This document shows, piece after piece, positions 58,610 through 64,000 of a DNA stretch of 64,000 nucleotides. Under the pieces are notes generated by a model that saw only the letters and a program-made list of their open reading frames with translations, searched no databases and was not told where the DNA came from. Position 1 is the first letter of the stretch, and every line of letters starts with the position of its first letter. The position numbers were made by a program, and so were the translations under genes. Source of the stretch: Acidobacteriota bacterium (GTDB taxonomy: Bacteria; Acidobacteriota; UBA6911; RPQK01; JAJDTT01); assembly GCA_965217775.1 (NCBI GenBank), contig CBDCJH010000002.1, positions 1,216,001 to 1,280,000 on the forward strand, read 5' to 3'.

Positions 58610-59611
58610 ATGGCGCGAAGACGGCCCACTGTGATTCTGGGAGTCGGACTCCTCTGTTCCTGGGTCGTGGTCGGGAGTCTCGGGTTTTCCTGGATCGAGG
58701 ACTGGTCCCTGTTGGACGGTGTCTATATGACCGTCATCGCCATCTCCACGGTGGGTTTCGGCGAGGTGCATCCACTCTCCGATTCTGGGAAGGTGTTTGC
58801 TACCTTCCTGATCGTGGCGGGTCTGGGGACGGCGATCTATACCTTCACCATCCTGGGGCAAACTTTGCTGGAAGGAGAACTGGCCGAAGTTCTGGGGAGA
58901 CGGCGAATGAAAAGCCATCGGGGTAAGCTCGAAGACCACTACATCGTCTGTGGAAACGGGCGCGTGGGCCGCACCGTGTCGACCTATCTGGACCGCCGCA
59001 AGCTTCCCTTTTGCGTGATCGAAATCGATCCGGCGGCGGAAGCGGAACTGAGGCAGCGCCGCTATCGGTATGTCATAGGCGACGCGACCGAAGATGAGAA
59101 TCTCATTCTCGCCGGGTTGTCCCGGGCCAAGGCGGTCTTTGCCTTGCTGCCGTCGGACGCGGACAACCTGTACCTGACGCTGTCGGCCAAGGGCCTCAAC
59201 CCGTCGGCGGTGGTCGTGGCCCGGGCCTCCGGCAAGGGAGCCGAATCCAAGCTGGAAAGGGCCGGCGCCGATCACGTCGTCTCTCCCTACGAACTGGTCG
59301 GGCTGCGGCTTCTCCAGAAAGTTCTAAGTCCGACCCTGTTGGAGTTCATGGACTTGGTGATCCATCGAGAACATCTGAAATTGATCATGGAAGAGTTTTG
59401 CGTGCCTTCCGATTCGGTGTTGGCCGGATATTCGATCGAAGAAGCCCGGATTCGCAGTCGGTATGGCCTTATCGTCGTGGCCTTCAAACGGCCCGACGGT
59501 CCCATGCTCTTCAATCCCGATGCGGGCGAGAAGATGGAACCGGGAGACGTGCTGGTGCTCTTGGGGCCCGAGGATCAAGTCAAAGACCTGGAACAAGCCA
59601 AAAGAGCGTGA
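58610..59611 (+). CDS. Two-TM potassium channel with RCK (TrkA-N/TrkA-C) domains
   Basis: STVGFGE selectivity filter, HYIVCGNGRVG, GDAT, AGAD.V.SPY, C-terminal FNP....GD.L..LG. Confidence 0.92.
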   Translation: MARRRPTVILGVGLLCSWVVVGSLGFSWIEDWSLLDGVYMTVIAISTVGFGEVHPLSDSGKVFATFLIVAGLGTAIYTFTILGQTLLEGELAEVLGRRRMKSHRGKLEDHYIVCGNGRVGRTVSTYLDRRKLPFCVIEIDPAAEAELRQRRYRYVIGDATEDENLILAGLSRAKAVFALLPSDADNLYLTLSAKGLNPSAVVVARASGKGAESKLERAGADHVVSPYELVGLRLLQKVLSPTLLEFMDLVIHREHLKLIMEEFCVPSDSVLAGYSIEEARIRSRYGLIVVAFKRPDGPMLFNPDAGEKMEPGDVLVLLGPEDQVKDLEQAKRA

Positions 59612-59843
59612 CGCCCCCCTGCCCGTTACCGGTGCGGGTGGCCGGGAGTATCTGGCATTCGGAAGGGAAATCGTGTAAGGTGGGTCGGTCTTCGCGAGAG
59701 CGTCTGAAAGGAAGGACGGGTAGGTGTGGCCTTGGCGGGAGCGTTCCCGCAAGCCATTTCTTTATTCGGAAACGAGTTTCGACCCTGGCGGAGCTCATAC
59801 GCGGCTCGTCCGGGTCCGCCCCCAACTCGAGGAGAGAGTAGAT

Positions 59844-61625
59844 ATGAGTTCGGGACAGTTCGATTTTTCCTTGGCCATTGGAGGCGCTGCGGGTCAGGGA
59901 ATCGCGACGCCAGGGAACATCCTGGCTCGGATCTTCGTGCGGCGCGGGGTTCATCTGAACGCGTACAACGCCTACCAATCCATCATTCGTGGTGGGCATA
60001 TCTTTCTCACCATCCGGCTCCGGGACCGCCATCCGGAGACCCACGGCGACAAGCTGGATCTTCTGGTCTGTTTGAATCAGGACACGATGAATCGGCATTT
60101 GGGGTTGCTGGGTCCGGGCGCTTGCGCCATCTACAACAGCGACGCCATCAAGCCCGGTGACGCCGCCGACGGAGTCCAGTTGTGTCCCATGCCGGTGGTG
60201 GACCTGACCAGCGGCAATCGGAACCGTTTGATCCAGAACACCGTTGGCCTGGGTGTGATCGTCTCCCTGTTGAAAATGGACTTCGATCTCCTGGCGGGCG
60301 CGTTGAAGCTCCAGTTCCAACGGAAGGGTCCGGCCGTGGTGGACGAAAACGTCTCGGTCGCGCAAGCTGGTTACCGGTTCGCCGAAGACAACTTCGATCC
60401 TTTTCCGATGAGCGTCCCGGTGGGTCCCAAACCGCTTGCGGTCTGGACGGGCAACGATGCCCTGGCCATGGGGGGAGCCGCCGCCGGCTGCAAATTCTAT
60501 TGTGCCTATCCCATGAGCCCGTCCACGGGTGTGCTCCATTGGATGGCCAGGAACGCCCCTGAACTGGGCATTATGGTGCGCCAGGTCGAGGACGAGATCG
60601 GGGTTGCCAACATGGCCATCGGTGCGGCGCATGCCGGGTGCCGGAGCATGTGCGCCACCTCGGGTGGTGGATTCGCTCTCATGACCGAAGCCATCGGCGC
60701 CTCCGCGATGATGGAGATCCCGGTGGTCTTCATCGACGTGCAGCGGGCGGGTCCGTCCACCGGGGTCCCCACCAAGACGGAGCAGGGGGATCTGTGGCAG
60801 ATGCTGGGGGCCAGCCAGGGAGACTTTCAGCGCTTCATCGTGGCGCCCAAAGACGCGCTGGACGCCTTCGATACCATTCCCCAGGTTTTCAACTTGACGG
60901 ACCGGTATCAATGCCCGGGCATAGTTCTTTCCGATCTCCTGATTTCAGAGGGAACCTTCAGCATCGACCCGGACAAGATCAATTTCCAGCCTGCGATCGA
61001 CCGCGGCCGATTGATTACCGATCACTCCGAAACCGACGGGTACAAGCGTTACCTGGACACCGAAGACGGAGTCTCTCCGCGGGCTATTCCGGGGTTGGAG
61101 GGTTATGTCCACGTCGTGGCCACCGACGAGCACGATGAGGACGGCGTGCTGATCAGCGACGAGTTCACGAATCCCCACAAGCGCCGCCAGATGGTGGAGA
61201 AACGAGCCCGTAAATTCGCCAACGTGCTGGAGGACATCGAGGCCCCCCAGTTGGAGGGGCCCGTCGACGGAGAGGCGACGCTGGTGGGCTGGGGATCCAC
61301 CTACGGTGTCATCAACGAGGCCATTGGCCAGCTCAAGGAGCAGGGAGTCCAGGTCAACCATCTGCCCATCAAGTGGATCGTCCCGTTGCACGACGATGCC
61401 ATCCTGGAAACGCTGGGACGAGCCAAGCGGACCATCATCGTCGAAAACAACCATTCCGGACAGTTCGCCCGGTATCTGCGGGGCGAAACCGGCTTCGTGG
61501 CCGACGGCCACATTCGAAAATACGACGGCGAACCTTTCATGCCCCACCACATCGTGGAAGCTGTGCTGGAGCAGTTGAGAGGCGAGACGAACCACTCCGT
61601 TCCTTACCAGGAGATCATGGTATAG
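59844..61625 (+). CDS. korA: 2-oxoacid:ferredoxin oxidoreductase, alpha subunit (gamma-alpha fusion)
   Basis: GGAAGQGI, IRGGH, YPMSP, EDEI, TSGGGF.LM.E, QRAGPSTG.PT, VENN..GQ. Substrate specificity not determinable. Confidence 0.9.
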   Translation: MSSGQFDFSLAIGGAAGQGIATPGNILARIFVRRGVHLNAYNAYQSIIRGGHIFLTIRLRDRHPETHGDKLDLLVCLNQDTMNRHLGLLGPGACAIYNSDAIKPGDAADGVQLCPMPVVDLTSGNRNRLIQNTVGLGVIVSLLKMDFDLLAGALKLQFQRKGPAVVDENVSVAQAGYRFAEDNFDPFPMSVPVGPKPLAVWTGNDALAMGGAAAGCKFYCAYPMSPSTGVLHWMARNAPELGIMVRQVEDEIGVANMAIGAAHAGCRSMCATSGGGFALMTEAIGASAMMEIPVVFIDVQRAGPSTGVPTKTEQGDLWQMLGASQGDFQRFIVAPKDALDAFDTIPQVFNLTDRYQCPGIVLSDLLISEGTFSIDPDKINFQPAIDRGRLITDHSETDGYKRYLDTEDGVSPRAIPGLEGYVHVVATDEHDEDGVLISDEFTNPHKRRQMVEKRARKFANVLEDIEAPQLEGPVDGEATLVGWGSTYGVINEAIGQLKEQGVQVNHLPIKWIVPLHDDAILETLGRAKRTIIVENNHSGQFARYLRGETGFVADGHIRKYDGEPFMPHHIVEAVLEQLRGETNHSVPYQEIMV

Positions 61626-61679
61626 GATTCGACAACAGGTCGATCCAATTCGGAACCCGACACACGAAAGGGAAGCATC

Positions 61680-62582
61680 ATGAGTATGGCTGTCACTCAA
61701 CAAGCGTCGGTCAAGCCCTTAAAGCCAAAAGATTTCAAGGGAAAGGTCGAACCGGACTGGTGCGCCGGATGCGGAGACTTCGGAGTGTTGCGCACGCTGC
61801 AGAGAGCCTGCGCCGAGTTGGGTCTCCGGCCCCATCAGATCCTCACCGTGAGCGGGATCGGATGTTCTTCGAACCTGCCGGGCTATTTCAACGGCTATGG
61901 GATGCACACCCTGCATGGCCGGGCCCTGGCGGTGGCCACGGGAGCGCAGTTGGCCAATCATGAGCTGACCGTGGTGGCGACCGGCGGCGACGGTGACGGC
62001 TATGGAATCGGGGGTAACCATTTCACCCACACGGCGCGCCGAAACGTGGATATGACTTATCTCGTCATGAACAATCAGATCTACGGCCTCACTACCGGGC
62101 AGGTCTCTCCCACCAGCGAGGAGGGCATGAAGACCAAGAGCACTCCTTATGGAAGCGTCGAGGTTCCGGTGAACCCCATCACCTCCGCCATCATGAGCGG
62201 CGCCAGCTACGTGGCTCGCGGGTTCAGTGGACAGGCGCGCCAGTTGATAGATCTCATCAAGCAGGCCATCCTGCACAAGGGCTTTGCCCTGGTCGACGTT
62301 TTCAGCCCGTGTGTCACCTTCAACCACGACAACGACTACAAGTTTTTCAAGCCCCGAGTCAGAAGGCTGGAAGACCTGGGGCACGACACCTCGGACTGGA
62401 AAGCCGCTTGCGAAAAGGCGATGGTCTGGGGTGACGACATCTATATCGGCTGCTTCTTTCAGAAGCTGGCGCCGTCTTTGCACAGCCTGGAAGGGGTTCT
62501 GGACGAAGGCGGACCCTTGGCGCACAGGAAGCTGGGAATTACCCAGGAGCAGGCGCAACGCATCATCAAGCGGATGATGTAG
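61680..62582 (+). CDS. korB: 2-oxoacid:ferredoxin oxidoreductase, beta subunit
   Basis: WCAGCGD, SGIGCS, HGRA, GDGDG..IG.NH, NNQIYGLTTGQ.SPT, SPCVTFN. Confidence 0.92.
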   Translation: MSMAVTQQASVKPLKPKDFKGKVEPDWCAGCGDFGVLRTLQRACAELGLRPHQILTVSGIGCSSNLPGYFNGYGMHTLHGRALAVATGAQLANHELTVVATGGDGDGYGIGGNHFTHTARRNVDMTYLVMNNQIYGLTTGQVSPTSEEGMKTKSTPYGSVEVPVNPITSAIMSGASYVARGFSGQARQLIDLIKQAILHKGFALVDVFSPCVTFNHDNDYKFFKPRVRRLEDLGHDTSDWKAACEKAMVWGDDIYIGCFFQKLAPSLHSLEGVLDEGGPLAHRKLGITQEQAQRIIKRMM

Positions 62583-62841
62583 CGTTGCGCCGCGGGCCTT
62601 CACGGCACCGCGGATTCGCCCCGAGGCCGGCCCGAAGCCGGAATCGCGACTATCCAGGGCAGGTTGCATCTTAACTACCTGCTCGTCGGGTGGGACGTTC
62701 AGAGGCTGGGGACGCTTCGATCGGATTTTGATGGAGCGGCATTCCCGGGGCATCGACTACCGGGAATGTCGGCTCCAACTGCTGTGACCGGGGAAATCGC
62801 GAGATTATCCTCCCCGTAGCGGGCCGCCGGAGGCTTCAGTT

Positions 62842-63180
62842 ATGAAGCGGGCTATTCTGGCCGTCGAATCCCTCTATCCTCAAGCCCGAGCTCGGGACAG
62901 AAACTCCAAAAATCTGGCTCTTGCCATACTCATTCAGGCATTTCGGGATGTCGTCTCCCCGGTCCGGTCCTCCCGGGAGTGGAGATTCTGGGAGCAAGAC
63001 GCATTGCAATGGTTCGCCGCCTTGGAGGACCATCCCGGCAGCTTCCAATGGATCTGCGGGATACTGGACCTGAACTCCTCGGAGTTGCGGAGATGGCTCG
63101 ATTCGTACCGGCACAGCGGAACCGGTCGGCGCCGGAAAATGGCTCGCAAGCTCATCCGTTTCCGCTTCCGCGGGGAGTAA
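62842..63180 (+). CDS. Small basic helical hypothetical protein
   Basis: 112-aa ORF with GGAGG SD; LA.AIL.QA..D...DA..WF......SF..IC..LDL....LR pattern; 13 nt before hemY. Confidence 0.65.
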   Translation: MKRAILAVESLYPQARARDRNSKNLALAILIQAFRDVVSPVRSSREWRFWEQDALQWFAALEDHPGSFQWICGILDLNSSELRRWLDSYRHSGTGRRRKMARKLIRFRFRGE

Positions 63181-63193
63181 GTTCGTCGCCTCA

Positions 63194-64000
63194 ATGCCTT
63201 CGAGACTGAGGGTAGGAATTGTCGGCGGAGGCCTTTCCGGACTGGCGGTTGCCTACTACCTGACCCGGGAGAACTCTGCCAACGGACTCGGCTTGGACAT
63301 CACTCTCCTGGAGAAGTCCCCGCGCCTGGGCGGAGTCATCCGGTCCAGACGAGTGGGTGATTTCCTCCTGGAAGACGGCCCGGAAGCCTTTGTCTCCTAC
63401 AAGCCGGCAGCTTCGAGACTGGTCGAGGAACTGGGCCTCGATGCTGACCTGCTGGGTTCAAGGGATGACCGGCGCAAGGTCTACGTCCTGGACCAGGATG
63501 GTCTGAACCCCCTCCCGGAAGGGATGGTGTTTCTGGCCCCGGTCCGGAGGCGAGCTTTCTGGTCTACGGCCTCGCTGAGCCCGGCAGGTAAGATTCGAGC
63601 CCTGCTGGAACCTTGGGTCCCACCAACCCGCAAGGATGCCAGCGTCCGGGAATTCTTCCATCGGCGTCTGGGGCGCGAGTTCACCCGCCGTGTCGCCGAG
63701 CCCCTGGTCTCCGCCATCTACGGGGGCAACATCCGGCACTTGAGCATGGAAAGCGCGCTTCCCCTCCTCTACCGGTTGGAGCAGAGTCAGGGAAGCCTCC
63801 GGAAGGGTTTCCTGCGGCGGCCCCTCGAGAGTTCTTCCCAGCCGCGGCCCCTCTTCCTGACTCTGCGGAAGGGGATGGAACAGTTGGTGGACGCCCTGCG
63901 CAAGCAGGTCGATGGAGTGACGATCCGCACCGGTGTCTCCGGGCTGCGCCTGACCCCCAGCTCCGGGGGCAGCTATCTCCTGAAGGGTAAAGGGTTCGAG
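63194..64000 (+). CDS. hemY: Protoporphyrinogen/coproporphyrinogen oxidase HemY (3'-truncated by window edge; absent from ORF track)
   Basis: Translation from ATG 63194: MPSRLRVGIVGGGLSGLAVAYYL...LLEKSPRLGGVIRS...LEDGPEAF...EPLVSAIYGG...FLTLRKGMEQLVDAL, open to the window end. Confidence 0.88.
   Translation, partial: MPSRLRVGIVGGGLSGLAVAYYLTRENSANGLGLDITLLEKSPRLGGVIRSRRVGDFLLEDGPEAFVSYKPAASRLVEELGLDADLLGSRDDRRKVYVLDQDGLNPLPEGMVFLAPVRRRAFWSTASLSPAGKIRALLEPWVPPTRKDASVREFFHRRLGREFTRRVAEPLVSAIYGGNIRHLSMESALPLLYRLEQSQGSLRKGFLRRPLESSSQPRPLFLTLRKGMEQLVDALRKQVDGVTIRTGVSGLRLTPSSGGSYLLKGKGFE

Overview
GC-rich bacterial chromosomal segment. The GWxTD protein, Oar-like TonB-dependent receptor, several CRTAC1/ASPIC-UnbV proteins and a DUF6677-like membrane protein suggest Acidobacteriota; this is inferred from gene content only. 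About 45 CDSs are present; no rRNA, tRNA or CRISPR array was recognised. Housekeeping and metabolic blocks include a class III aminotransferase, cyclophilin, SDR, FAH-family dehydratase, M32 carboxypeptidase, GlcD-like oxidase, NamZ, mtnP-pfkB, mce-meaB, a MetE-like protein, radC, an RRM protein, ZIP and K+ transporters, korAB and a truncated hemY. Two accessory regions stand out. (1) A ~2,150-aa repeat surface protein (5 Ig/SwmB-like units, a 24-Pro linker, FN3 and a duplicated C-terminal domain) whose best-placed start codon is one G out of frame. (2) A ~23-kb envelope locus (33.2-56.3 kb) with two predicted lipoproteins that fuse a c-type heme domain, a PHM/DBH-type dicopper monooxygenase with all six Cu ligands, and TPRs. 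That locus also has three CRTAC1/ASPIC-UnbV beta-propellers (one fused to a Cys-less SCO domain), three TPR proteins, a TonB-dependent receptor, a GWxTD protein and a GH51. Three of its proteins share a ~140-aa C-terminal module ending PCRxPWRxDDPxFSP. This locus is the best candidate for an undescribed system. Two copies of a 165-bp MITE each sit exactly at a TAG stop codon.
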